From an uncultured virus (IMG/VR IMGVR_UViG_2852342079_000003) (taxonomy: Duplodnaviria; Heunggongvirae; Uroviricota; Caudoviricetes), in IMG/VR virus record IMGVR_UViG_2852342079_000003: a DNA stretch of 33,987 nt; one strand, given 5' to 3'. Shown here piece after piece: positions 1-8,647 of this stretch (position 1 is its first letter; the number at the start of each line of letters is the position of its first letter). The position numbers were made by a program, and so were the translations under genes. The notes under the pieces were generated by a model that was not told where the DNA came from, did not search any database, and was given only the letters and a program-made list of their open reading frames with translations.

Positions 1-136
1 GATGAAGGACAGCTTAGCTGACGGCGTTATTGATAACGAAGAAGAGCAGAAAATAAAAATGATGTTAGATGGATTAATTTCGCAGATCCGCACATTTATG
101 AATGCATTTGTTTCGTTACATCAAAAGAGAAATTAA
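1..136 (+). CDS. C-terminal part of YmfL-like (CII-position) phage regulatory protein, truncated by window edge
   Basis: Frame from 2 reads MKDSLADGVIDNEEEQKIKMMLDG...HQKRN* (TAA 134-136); the 'DGVID..E' motif and position upstream of DUF4222/replication genes match SfV/e14-type phages. Confidence 0.65.
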   Translation, partial: MKDSLADGVIDNEEEQKIKMMLDGLISQIRTFMNAFVSLHQKRN

Positions 137-223
137 AGATGGCTATATCCAGAAAGGGTGAAGCCAACGATGTACGGTCGCTGGCTTCGGTTGCAAATTT
201 CAATTGTGTGAAGAGAAATTAGC

Positions 224-433
224 ATGAGTAGATTAGCGCATTTAGTACCTAAAAAGCAATTCCGATGTTTACCTGTCTCAGGTCGTCAGTCATTCCGCTA
301 TGTAGAAATCATAGTCTCTGACGAACAACCAGACAACTACAAGAAATCTGCATGTTTGGTAGATAGACAGTCTCTTAAAAAGGCATGGGCTGATTTTTAT
401 TTTTCAAGTGGAGAGCGGGACAATGAGCAATGA
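224..433 (+). CDS. Hypothetical early protein (YmfM-like position)
   Basis: 69-aa ORF between ymfL-like and DUF4222 genes, overlapping the latter. Confidence 0.5.
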   Translation: MSRLAHLVPKKQFRCLPVSGRQSFRYVEIIVSDEQPDNYKKSACLVDRQSLKKAWADFYFSSGERDNEQ

Positions 434-602
434 GAACCCAAACCAACTTGATCGCTACTATAAAAATCACCGAGGTATCGTTGTTCATGTTGTTCGTTAT
501 GACAGAGAAAAACAGCGCGTTATTTTTATGCTTGATGGTTGTGACGACCCACAGTGTGAACCTGTACAGCGTTTTAAAGAGAAGTACACACGTATTAAGT
601 AA
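423..602 (+). CDS. DUF4222-like small phage protein
   Basis: DRYYKNHRGIVVHVVRYDREKQRVIF...F.EKYTRI pattern; ATG at 423 after GGAG; directly upstream of the replication gene. Confidence 0.7.
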   Translation: MSNENPNQLDRYYKNHRGIVVHVVRYDREKQRVIFMLDGCDDPQCEPVQRFKEKYTRIK

Positions 603-614
603 TGAGGTGGCAAG

Positions 615-1676
615 ATGAGTTTATTATTACTAAAAAGTCGCCCTTTAGTCGTTATTCCTGAATTAGCGGTACGCCTTGGTTTAAATGAGGCGATGCTGTT
701 ACAGCAAATTCAATATTGGCTAACTGAAACCACTTCAGGTGTTGAATATGACGGCTCACGCTGGATTTATAACACAGTTGAGGAGTGGAAGAATCAATTT
801 CCTTTTTTCTCTGAATCAACGATTAAACGTGCTTTTACTAATTTGAAAAAGCAGGGTGTTTTACGCATCGAGCAAATCAATAAATCGAACCATGACCGCA
901 CTAATTATTATGCGATTAACTACGATCACCACTTGCTGACCGATGAGGTCAATATGACCCAATCGAATGGTGATAATTCATCTGATCGAACAGTTCAAAA
1001 TGACCTTATCGATAAGCGCAAATTGAAACCGTCAAACAGTTCAAAATGCGCTGTTCTGAACGGGTCAAAATGGCCTGATCTTACAGAGAATACAACAGAG
1101 ATTACTTCAGAGAGTACAACAGAGACTAACTCTTCTTGTCAGGTTCCTACTGAACCCGACAACGCTCCTGAAAAATTAATTTTGGATTATTTCAACAAGG
1201 TGACAAATTCCAAATATCGTGAAGGAAAAACAACAACCGGGCATATCAAGGCGCGATTAGCAGAAGGATTTACCTCTGAAGACTTGATATTAATTACGGA
1301 TTACCTGACAGCTAAATGGCAAAAAGATCCCAAGATGCGTGATTACTTACGCCCTAAAACATTATTTGTTCCTGAAAACTGTATTGAATACCAAGATAAA
1401 GCGATCAAATGGCGTGATGCAGGGCGCCCTGAATGTGTGAATGGTCGTTGGTTAAAGCCTGGAGAAGTTTCAGTGGAAATTAACACGGTTGAACGCGATG
1501 AAACTTTTAGAAAAATGTTCACCTCAGGCTGGAAACCTGAAAATCGTATTCAAGCATTAGCAGTCGAGCAAGCAAAGAAAAATGGTCTTGGTCGTATGAG
1601 TGAAGTTGCTGGTTTAGCTTCATTCCGTGGTATCTGGAAACAGGCGACAGAACAAGTTGCACTGGAGGCTCAGTGA
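615..1676 (+). CDS. Phage replication initiator protein (O-like; N-terminal wHTH, conserved phage C-terminal domain)
   Basis: GLNEAMLLQQIQYW...WIYNT...FPFFSESTIKRAF N-terminus, YLRPKTLF C-terminal motif, GAGGT RBS, internal iterons. Confidence 0.85.
   Translation: MSLLLLKSRPLVVIPELAVRLGLNEAMLLQQIQYWLTETTSGVEYDGSRWIYNTVEEWKNQFPFFSESTIKRAFTNLKKQGVLRIEQINKSNHDRTNYYAINYDHHLLTDEVNMTQSNGDNSSDRTVQNDLIDKRKLKPSNSSKCAVLNGSKWPDLTENTTEITSESTTETNSSCQVPTEPDNAPEKLILDYFNKVTNSKYREGKTTTGHIKARLAEGFTSEDLILITDYLTAKWQKDPKMRDYLRPKTLFVPENCIEYQDKAIKWRDAGRPECVNGRWLKPGEVSVEINTVERDETFRKMFTSGWKPENRIQALAVEQAKKNGLGRMSEVAGLASFRGIWKQATEQVALEAQ
949..1127 (+). repeat. Probable phage origin: iterons plus 12-bp repeats inside the initiator gene
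   Basis: TCAATATGACC (949), TCAAAATGACC (995), GCAAATTGAAA (1018), TCAAAATGCGC (1041), TCAAAATGGCC (1065), spaced 46/23/23/24; then four CAGAGA-containing units at 12-bp period (1083-1127). Confidence 0.75.
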
Positions 1677-2314
1677 TGATTGATTACGCACTGAAATTAC
1701 AGGAGTTAAAAAGCCAACCTGCTCATAAATTAAAAGAAATTGGTGACCAATGGCAATCACCAGATAACCTTTACTACGGTATTAACTCTAAATATGGACC
1801 GTTTACTTTAGATTTATTCACTGATGGTCAAAACAGTAAATGCCCGCATTTCTATACCGTTGAGGACAACGCACTCACTCAAGATTGGGCTGAAAAACTG
1901 AAAGAGATCGGCGGTTCAGCATTTGGCAATCCTCCTTACTCGCGTAGTTCATATCACGAAGGCCAGCCTTTAACAGGTGTTGGTCACATCATGAGTCATG
2001 CATTAGCTATGCGTGAACAATACGGTCGGTATGTTTTTTTATTAAAAGCAGCTACATCATAAACATGGTGGCCAGAAGAAGCTGATCACGTTTGTTTTAT
2101 CCGTGGACGTATTGGTTTTGACGTTCCTGAGTGGTTTGTTCCCGCAGATGAAAAACAGAAACCAACGGGCGCATTCTTTGCTGGAGCAATAGTTGTTTTC
2201 GATAAAACATGGACGGGTAAAAAATTCGATTACATTCATCGTGATGAATTAGAGCAAATTGGCAAAGCATTTATTGAGCAAATGAAGTGGCTGGCGTCGA
2301 GAGGTGTTGCATGA
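1673..2314 (+). pseudogene. Phage N6-adenine DNA methyltransferase (Dam-like) with in-frame nonsense codon
   Basis: DQWQSP, FTLDLF and NPPYS motifs; TAA at 2060-2062 sits in KAATS*TWWPEEADHVCFIRGRIGF and the frame continues to TGA 2314, overlapping the next ATG. Confidence 0.88.
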
Positions 2315-2706
2315 AAACGACGGAGCAAATACTGAACCAATATAAAGAGGGTGACAAGATTGATCGCCATATTGTGAGTCGTGATTTAGGCATTGCTCTA
2401 TCTAGCTCATCGAGAGCATTGTCATACCTGAATGGATTAGGTGCATTAGTACGAGTAGGCAATGAAGATCGCCCTGTACGTTACATTGTGACCAATGAGG
2501 CGGAGCGCATTTACCAAGCGATAATTGAAGAGCGCAAACTAGGTGAATCGGCCTACTTGCAAAAACTGAAAACACAAAAGGCCAAAAAGCGCGCATTACC
2601 CACAATCAAATGGGTAAAACATGCCACCTCTAATTTTGATCTCATGGGTAAATTGCCAACAGAGCCTTATGACTCATTAGTCAGAACAGTAAGAGGTAAT
2701 CACTAA
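2311..2706 (+). CDS. Hypothetical protein, possible winged-helix DNA-binding N-terminus
   Basis: ATGA overlap with the methylase stop, GAGGT RBS; VSRDLGIALSSSSRALSYL..LG HTH-like pattern. Confidence 0.65.
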   Translation: MKTTEQILNQYKEGDKIDRHIVSRDLGIALSSSSRALSYLNGLGALVRVGNEDRPVRYIVTNEAERIYQAIIEERKLGESAYLQKLKTQKAKKRALPTIKWVKHATSNFDLMGKLPTEPYDSLVRTVRGNH

Positions 2707-2786
2707 TGCTAACTAAATATATTCTGTTCGTTGGGTTTTGGTTTGTAGTGACATTGCTAATTGGAGTGTGGGGGACTTATGCCTGA
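2706..2786 (+). CDS. Unannotated 26-aa single-transmembrane peptide
   Basis: MLTKYILFVGFWFVVTLLIGVWGTYA*; TAATG coupling to the upstream stop, AGAGGT RBS, overlaps the RusA start. Confidence 0.55.
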   Translation: MLTKYILFVGFWFVVTLLIGVWGTYA

Positions 2787-3162
2787 ACTTATGCTCACAT
2801 TGCCATTTCCACCTAGCGTTAACTCGTATTGGAGAAATATTAAGGGCCGAACGCTGATCAGTGAAAAAGGGCGTAAGTTTCGAATTAACACGATCGCCTC
2901 TGTCTATGAGCAACTAAAACGAAAACCTAAAGCTATTAAAGAAAATGTCTCTGTCCTGGTTCGTTTATACCCACCAACAAAACAGCGCAGGGATATTGAT
3001 AACTTTTTAAAGGCCCCATTTGATGCATTAACACATGCGGGTATTTGGGAAGATGATCAGCAGGTAAAGCATATGGATGTGATGTTAATGGAAGTCGTAA
3101 AGGGTGGAAAGTTAGAAATCACTATCCGCTCATTTAATAACGTGATGTACGGTCACGAATAA
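2779..3162 (+). CDS. rusA: RusA-family Holliday junction resolvase
   Basis: LPFPPSVNSYWR, RRDIDNFLK..FDAL, DDQQV motifs. Confidence 0.92.
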   Translation: MPELMLTLPFPPSVNSYWRNIKGRTLISEKGRKFRINTIASVYEQLKRKPKAIKENVSVLVRLYPPTKQRRDIDNFLKAPFDALTHAGIWEDDQQVKHMDVMLMEVVKGGKLEITIRSFNNVMYGHE

Positions 3163-3180
3163 AACGTGGAGAGAAATAGC

Positions 3181-3984
3181 ATGAATGGATTAATTGTTAT
3201 TGATGGTTTTCAGGTTCGTAGAGATTTAGCCGGTCGCTATTGTTTAAATGATTTACATCGAGTGTCAGGTGGTGAAAAACGACACCAACCATCGAACTGG
3301 AGTTCATTGGCTCAAACGAAAGAGTTAATTGATGAAATTTCGACCGCTCCTGAGATCACAGGAGCGCCTATTGCCACTGTCGCTGGTGGATATAACCAAG
3401 GGACGTATGTTTGCAAAGAATTAGTGTATGCCTATGCAATGTGGATTAGTGCTTCTTTTCATTTGAAAGTGATCCGCACCTTTGATGCTTTAGTGACACA
3501 ACAGCACCAGGAGAAAATCAGCGATAAAGTGCAGGCGGGTGTGATACTACTGGAATCGATGTCTAAAAGTTTAAATTTTTCGAATTCATCAAAATTAGGG
3601 GCTTATCAAAAGTTACAAGCCATGGCAGGATTACCTGAATTAGCCCCTGTGTATGCGATTGATGCACCAAGTGGATCTATGGATGGCTCCAGTCGTCCAA
3701 CAGTTGCATTATCAACACTGATCAACAAACACAACCTACCTATTTCAGCACAGCAAGCCTATAAGCGATTAGCCGAACTCGGAATTGTTGAGCGTTTATC
3801 ACGTCCAAGTACGAAAACTGCCAGCAAAGTAAAAGAGTTCTGGTCAGTGACTGCACGAGGTTGTCAGTTTGGGAAGAATATGACGAGCCCTAATAATCCT
3901 CGTGAAACCCAACCGCATTTCTTTGAGAGTAAAACGGATGAGTTGATCCGTATGGTGATGTTGAATAAACAGGTGAGCGCATGA
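3181..3984 (+). CDS. KilA-N domain protein
   Basis: GRYCLNDLHR...GTYVCKELVYAYAMWISASFHLKVIRTFD. Confidence 0.88.
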   Translation: MNGLIVIDGFQVRRDLAGRYCLNDLHRVSGGEKRHQPSNWSSLAQTKELIDEISTAPEITGAPIATVAGGYNQGTYVCKELVYAYAMWISASFHLKVIRTFDALVTQQHQEKISDKVQAGVILLESMSKSLNFSNSSKLGAYQKLQAMAGLPELAPVYAIDAPSGSMDGSSRPTVALSTLINKHNLPISAQQAYKRLAELGIVERLSRPSTKTASKVKEFWSVTARGCQFGKNMTSPNNPRETQPHFFESKTDELIRMVMLNKQVSA

Positions 3985-5006
3985 AGTTACTGTTAACGCC
4001 GTATATTCAAAAAGAATTGGGGGTTGTGTTATTGAAACCTGGAGCTGAGTTGCTTGAGCAATTTAGAAACCATCAGCGTGTGATCATCAGTGATGTACCA
4101 CAGAGTTTAGATGTGTTGCCCTCAGGCGCATTAACCGGTGATGAACAGCCTATTTTAAACAATAAGTACATTGTTCAATTTCTCAATAACAAAAAGGTGA
4201 TCCACACCATAGATAAAGTGGCACCAATGGATACGTGGGTCGCTCATCATATTCATTGTTGTCAGATTAATAACGATGCAGATAACTATCATCATCATGA
4301 ATTGGTGACCACATTTCATGAAGCGGGTGTGATCCGCACTTGTTGGTATCACGATAATCATATTCGAAACTCATCAGCAGGGTGGGTTGCTGAGCTGGCT
4401 CATAAAAATCGTATTGATTGGATGTTAGATACTATTCGTTTTCGTTTGAGATTAGATTGTGGCCACCAGCTGACGATACCTGATTTTTTCACCTTTGCTG
4501 TTATGCATAACGTTATCGATGAATTACCTGATGCCATATTGCGGAGAGTGTTGGACTGGCCTAATAAACCCAAAGAACGCAGAGTACACGGCGGATTTCC
4601 TGAGGCTGATATTGTTCCAAATGAAATATCAGCATTATCTGCAATGAGCGGGCGTTTAGAGGCGATAAAACCGGTTATTAAAGTTGCTGTCGATCCGGAG
4701 CCACCAGCCTCATTTCTGCTGAAACCTAAAATGCAACGTTGGGAAAATACCCAATGGTTGCAATGGGTAAAAACTCAACCGTGTTGCGTGTGTGGGCAAC
4801 AGGCTGATGATCCGCATCACATCATAGGTCATGGTATGGGAGGCATGGGAACGAAAGCTCATGACTTATTTACTATTCCATTATGCCGCATTCACCATGA
4901 TGAGTTACATCGAGACCCAAAACAATGGGAAGCGACTCACGGCAATCAACTCGAATTGTTATTTCATTTTTTAAACCGTTCTTTAGGTATCGGTGCATTT
5001 ATTTAA
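3981..5006 (+). CDS. DUF968 (YdfU-like) protein with C-terminal HNH-like Zn motif
   Basis: DPEPPASFLLKPK, WVKTQPCCVCG..ADDPHH...PLCRIHHDELH. Confidence 0.88.
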   Translation: MKLLLTPYIQKELGVVLLKPGAELLEQFRNHQRVIISDVPQSLDVLPSGALTGDEQPILNNKYIVQFLNNKKVIHTIDKVAPMDTWVAHHIHCCQINNDADNYHHHELVTTFHEAGVIRTCWYHDNHIRNSSAGWVAELAHKNRIDWMLDTIRFRLRLDCGHQLTIPDFFTFAVMHNVIDELPDAILRRVLDWPNKPKERRVHGGFPEADIVPNEISALSAMSGRLEAIKPVIKVAVDPEPPASFLLKPKMQRWENTQWLQWVKTQPCCVCGQQADDPHHIIGHGMGGMGTKAHDLFTIPLCRIHHDELHRDPKQWEATHGNQLELLFHFLNRSLGIGAFI

Positions 5007-5033
5007 CGTGTGTACGGCACGAGTGGAGGAAAT

Positions 5034-5714
5034 ATGCCAATTTATGCGCATGACTTGAAATATTTAAGTGATATGGCATCGATAGCTACATCAAACTTAA
5101 GGGCTTCAACAAAAGGTCAGTTAGAAGCATTTGAAGATTTTGGGTTAACAGACACGAGAGCAACACCAAGAGTTAGAATACGAGATTTAAAATTAAATGG
5201 TCGTTTTGTTTGTCGTGATACCGATCCAATCTATGTATTAGAAACTCGCTGTCGTCGAACACCAAAGCCGATGATAGAGCCTGTGGATTTTTTATTATGC
5301 TCATGGCGTAGGGCTATCAATGCATTAAGTGAAGAGCAACACTCATGGATAATGTATTGTTATGGATATAGTTTGAAATTTGAGCATCAAGTTAATATCA
5401 GTGTTCATGTGTGGTCTGAATTTGAAAAACAGCATAAAGGTAAAAAGATAACTAAAAAAGTTAAAGAACGACTAAGATCATTAGTCTGGTTATCGGTTCA
5501 GGCTTGCACTAGGCGTAATTATTCACAAACAGAGCTGGCTCGCTTGGTGGGTGTTAAGCGTGATAATTGGAGTAAAAACTATCAAGTATATTGGGATTAT
5601 CTACTTTATGTGTGTTATGAATTAGATAAATTGGCATTACTTTCAATGAGGCGAGTTAGAATCGAGTTGATCAATAAAAATAATAACGACAACTTGCAAA
5701 AGTCAACAAAATAG
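5034..5714 (+). CDS. Late antitermination protein Q
   Basis: Follows DUF968; ETR...SWRRAI..L...W..YCYG and C-terminal HTH (ELARLVGVKRDNWSKNY); GGAGG RBS; followed by promoter and terminator. Confidence 0.82.
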   Translation: MPIYAHDLKYLSDMASIATSNLRASTKGQLEAFEDFGLTDTRATPRVRIRDLKLNGRFVCRDTDPIYVLETRCRRTPKPMIEPVDFLLCSWRRAINALSEEQHSWIMYCYGYSLKFEHQVNISVHVWSEFEKQHKGKKITKKVKERLRSLVWLSVQACTRRNYSQTELARLVGVKRDNWSKNYQVYWDYLLYVCYELDKLALLSMRRVRIELINKNNNDNLQKSTK

Positions 5715-5722
5715 GCGATATT
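5694..5722 (+). promoter_or_regulatory. Probable late promoter pR'
   Basis: TTGCAA-17 bp-GATATT overlapping the end of Q, about 35 bp before an intrinsic terminator. Confidence 0.6.
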
Positions 5723-5757
5723 TAAGTCTAATTTGGTATGTTGCCAAAATTGTTTAT

Positions 5758-5781
5758 AACCTCGCCTTTGCGGGGTTTTTT
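5758..5781 (+). terminator. tR'-like intrinsic terminator
   Basis: AACCTCGC-CTTT-GCGGGGTT followed by T run. Confidence 0.8.
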
Positions 5782-5872
5782 ATTGGCAATTAGTAGATAA
5801 GACTTGCTGTTCTCTTTGGTCAGAGTTACATGTGTAGTTATGCACAATAACTAACCAAAGGCATAAAATATC

Positions 5873-6067
5873 ATGTTAAAACAGTGTGATATGACAACAC
5901 AGGCAAGTTGTGTACTTGAAACAATCTCAAAAAATGATTGGCAAACAGTACAAGCAATTTCAAATCAAACTGGGCTAAGTAATGAAAATTGTGAGTTTTT
6001 ATTAACTCAGTTTGAAATAGCAGGGTTTGTCGCAAAGCAAGGAAATAGCTATATGCGTACAGCCTAA
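5873..6067 (+). CDS. Small winged-helix-like hypothetical protein
   Basis: 64 aa; WQTVQAISNQTGLS...LLTQFEIAGFV...Y pattern; followed by terminator. Confidence 0.6.
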   Translation: MLKQCDMTTQASCVLETISKNDWQTVQAISNQTGLSNENCEFLLTQFEIAGFVAKQGNSYMRTA

Positions 6068-6085
6068 AAAATATAAAGAATTTAT

Positions 6086-6118
6086 AAAGCTGGTGGTTTA
6101 ACCGTCATCGGCTTTTTT
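6086..6118 (+). terminator. Intrinsic terminator
   Basis: AAAGCTGGTGG...TCATCGGCTTT stem (with G-U pairs) plus T run. Confidence 0.6.
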
Positions 6119-6140
6119 ATTGCGTAGAAAAGGACTTCTG

Positions 6141-7163
6141 ATGCAACTATTTAATGACGACGCACTATCTGTATTAAAAACACTACCTGATAACAGTATT
6201 GATTTAATCGCCACGGATCCACCGTATTTCAGAGTGAAGTCGTGCGCATGGGATAATCAGTGGGATAATGTTGAGTCGTATCTGTCTTGGCTCGATGAAG
6301 TATTAGCTGAATTCTGGCGAGTATTAAAACCCAATGGCAGTTTGTATTTATTCTGTGGTTCTAAATTGGCGTCAGATACTGAATTGCTTGTTCGCGGGCG
6401 ATTTAATGTATTAAGTCATATCATTTGGGCTAAACCATCTGGGCCATGGAAAAAACAAAATAAGGAAAGCCTGCGCGCCTTTTTTCCTTCAACAGAACGA
6501 GTACTTTTTGCTGAACATTACCAAAAACCAGTCACAGCTAAAGGTTCTGAGTTTTCGTTAAAATGTAAAGAGCTAAAACAAAATGTATTCAAGCCATTGA
6601 TTGATTATTTTAGAAATGCTCATTTAGCACTGCAGGTGAGTGCAAAAGAAATAGACCAAGCAACAGGTAAGCAAATGTGCAGTCATTGGTTCAACAATAG
6701 TCAGTGGCAATTACCTAGCGAGGAAGACTATAAAAAGTTACAAACACTGTTTACACACATTGCTGATAAACAAGAAAAACTATCACCGTTATCCCGCCAG
6801 TTTACCGAATTAGAGCGCGAGCAGGTTACATTACAAAAAGACTATCAAGAATTAATAAAAGAATATGGTTTATTAAGGCGACCATTCTTTGTAACTGCAG
6901 ATGTGCCTTACACCGATGTGTGGGATTATCCACCTGTTCAGTATTATCCCGGTAAACACCCTTGTGAGAAACCATCGTCCATGATGGAACACATTATTCG
7001 CTCAAGTAGTCGTGAAGGGGATCTGGTTGCTGATTTTTTTATGGGGTCAGGTGCAACACTGAAAGCAGCACTAAAGCTTAATCGAAAGGTTTTAGGTGTG
7101 GAGCTTGAGAGAGAGCGGTTTGAGCAAACCGAACAAGAAATAAAAGCGCTAACTTGTAAGTAA
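6141..7163 (+). CDS. Orphan DNA methyltransferase (N6A/N4C, beta class)
   Basis: DLIATDPPY before HPCEKP and DFFMGSG; AAGGA RBS; typical Q-to-lysis position. Confidence 0.9.
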   Translation: MQLFNDDALSVLKTLPDNSIDLIATDPPYFRVKSCAWDNQWDNVESYLSWLDEVLAEFWRVLKPNGSLYLFCGSKLASDTELLVRGRFNVLSHIIWAKPSGPWKKQNKESLRAFFPSTERVLFAEHYQKPVTAKGSEFSLKCKELKQNVFKPLIDYFRNAHLALQVSAKEIDQATGKQMCSHWFNNSQWQLPSEEDYKKLQTLFTHIADKQEKLSPLSRQFTELEREQVTLQKDYQELIKEYGLLRRPFFVTADVPYTDVWDYPPVQYYPGKHPCEKPSSMMEHIIRSSSREGDLVADFFMGSGATLKAALKLNRKVLGVELERERFEQTEQEIKALTCK

Positions 7164-7176
7164 TTCTTACAGGTTC

Positions 7177-7230
7177 AACTCTCCGGAATTTCCGGATAGT
7201 TCACACGTTCGGTTATTCCGAATAACTGAA
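7177..7230. repeat. Two adjacent near-perfect palindromes
   Basis: AACTCTCCGGAA-T-TTCCGGATAGTT (7177-7201) and TTCGGTTATTC-C-GAATAACTGAA (7208-7230). Confidence 0.8.
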
Positions 7231-7297
7231 TTCCTTGCTATAAGGTTATGGTAGCGCGTAACGGTCTGGCTGAACTAAACCAGCCATCTATTTCAAT

Positions 7298-7320
7298 AAG
7301 TCGTCTAGTGCGACTTTTTT
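7298..7320 (+). terminator. Intrinsic terminator
   Basis: AAGTCG-TCTAGTG-CGACTT-TTTT. Confidence 0.55.
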
Positions 7321-7415
7321 CGTATATGCCGACCACAGAGCAATTACCCTCGTTATCACGTTCACATCAAGTCTGTGAGTCGGCACCTTATTAACTAAAT
7401 AAATTGGTAAATGTT

Positions 7416-7838
7416 ATGTCAAAAGAGATAAACGAATTACAGTTTAGTCTTCACTATGCCTCAGAAACAGACAGCGAAATGAATATCTCAACCATTTTAA
7501 CGGCCAATATTCATACGGCTGATGGTGAAACTCAACAACTGACACAATTAATTTGCACAACGTCTCCCGCAGGTAAAAAGCAATATCGAATTGGCTTGCA
7601 AAAAATTAGTGATGCAGGAGAGCCATCGCTAGTGGCGATTGAATCTTATTGGCGTAAAAACACACAAGAGAGTTGTGTTTATTTGTTAGAGAAAGCGAAG
7701 CAATTTATTCAAGGACACTTACAACAAACGAATACATGGATATCTATGTATGGTCTTGTGATCGTTTCTAATGCGTCACTGGAAGAACAGTTGCCTAAGG
7801 CTTTATTTACAATAATGAATGAACTAAAAATAAATTGA
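7416..7838 (+). CDS. Hypothetical protein (moron)
   Basis: 140-aa ORF from ATG 7416; no motif recognised. Confidence 0.65.
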   Translation: MSKEINELQFSLHYASETDSEMNISTILTANIHTADGETQQLTQLICTTSPAGKKQYRIGLQKISDAGEPSLVAIESYWRKNTQESCVYLLEKAKQFIQGHLQQTNTWISMYGLVIVSNASLEEQLPKALFTIMNELKIN

Positions 7839-7994
7839 GAAAAGCTTAAAACAATCTCCTTATTGCCCAATAAACCAACGATGTCTTTTTACAATTGGAT
7901 AAATCTCATGGAAGTCAATATAGGATTCGATTAATCATGGGAAATTGGTTAGTGATGTATTAGAAATGTGTATCAAATAGCATTAGGAGATTAT

Positions 7995-8330
7995 ATGAAG
8001 CTATTATTAAAAAGTATTGCTTTTACTGTTAGTCTTTTATCTGCGAGTTTTGTTATGGCGGATAATGGCGATGAGATAACGAAAGTATCTTATGCATGTG
8101 AAAACAATCAAATAATGGAAGTCATTTATATAAATACAGCAAAAGATAGCTATGCAATCATTAATCAAATGGATGAAATGATACCAATGAAGATTATGAA
8201 AATGGCTTCTGGTGCAAACTATGAGGCAATGAATAAAAATTACACCTATAAACTTTATACTAAAGGTGACAATGCCGATTTAGTTGAAGGAAAAGATAAA
8301 TCAGTATTGAGTGGTTGCAAAGCTGGCTAA
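7995..8330 (+). CDS. pliC: PliC/MliC-family c-type lysozyme inhibitor, periplasmic
   Basis: AGGAGA RBS; signal peptide (VMA|D, no lipobox); YxC near N-terminus, ASGANY, LYTKG and C-terminal Cys. Confidence 0.85.
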   Translation: MKLLLKSIAFTVSLLSASFVMADNGDEITKVSYACENNQIMEVIYINTAKDSYAIINQMDEMIPMKIMKMASGANYEAMNKNYTYKLYTKGDNADLVEGKDKSVLSGCKAG

Positions 8331-8367
8331 TTGTTACCTTTTATTGAAAATTATTTATCGTTCTTAT

Positions 8368-8392
8368 AGAGGTCACTTCGGTGACCTTTTTT
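8368..8392 (+). terminator. Intrinsic terminator after pliC
   Basis: AGAGGTCAC-TTCG-GTGACCTTT plus T run (cUUCGg tetraloop). Confidence 0.85.
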
Positions 8393-8410
8393 CGTATAAA
8401 AGAGGTAAGT

Positions 8411-8647
8411 ATGGACATTCAGCAAGAAACAAAAATTTGTACACTATCGGCACGAGTAGAACGACAAGGACAACAAATTGCAGAGTTACAAAAACAGCTC
8501 GCTGATATGCAAAAGGCAACGAGCTGTGAGTTAGATAGCGCCATTCAAAATGTCTTATTACAAGGTGTAGAAAATGGTGCAAAAAAAGCAAAGGAGCTTA
8601 TTAAAAATCAAGATTTTTATCAAAAACCAAAGCAGACTTCAAGATAG
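8411..8647 (+). CDS. Hypothetical coiled-coil protein
   Basis: GAGGT RBS; LSARVERQGQQIAELQKQLADMQK heptads. Confidence 0.6.
   Translation: MDIQQETKICTLSARVERQGQQIAELQKQLADMQKATSCELDSAIQNVLLQGVENGAKKAKELIKNQDFYQKPKQTSR

Noticed and set aside
430..618. 62-aa alternate-frame ORF
   Set aside because: It overlaps the better-supported DUF4222-like frame almost entirely
949..1127. Regularly spaced repeats as a CRISPR-like array
   Set aside because: Units are short, degenerate and in a coding frame, with no spacer-length unique sequences or cas genes; iterons explain them
7231..7290. Possible tRNA (ends in CCA, in the Q-to-lysis slot where phage tRNAs occur)
   Set aside because: No cloverleaf, T-loop GTTCRA or D-loop could be built; only a simple hairpin
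6141..7838. Methylase plus downstream ORF as a restriction-modification system
   Set aside because: They are separated by a terminator, no nuclease motif is recognisable, and orphan methylases are common at this position
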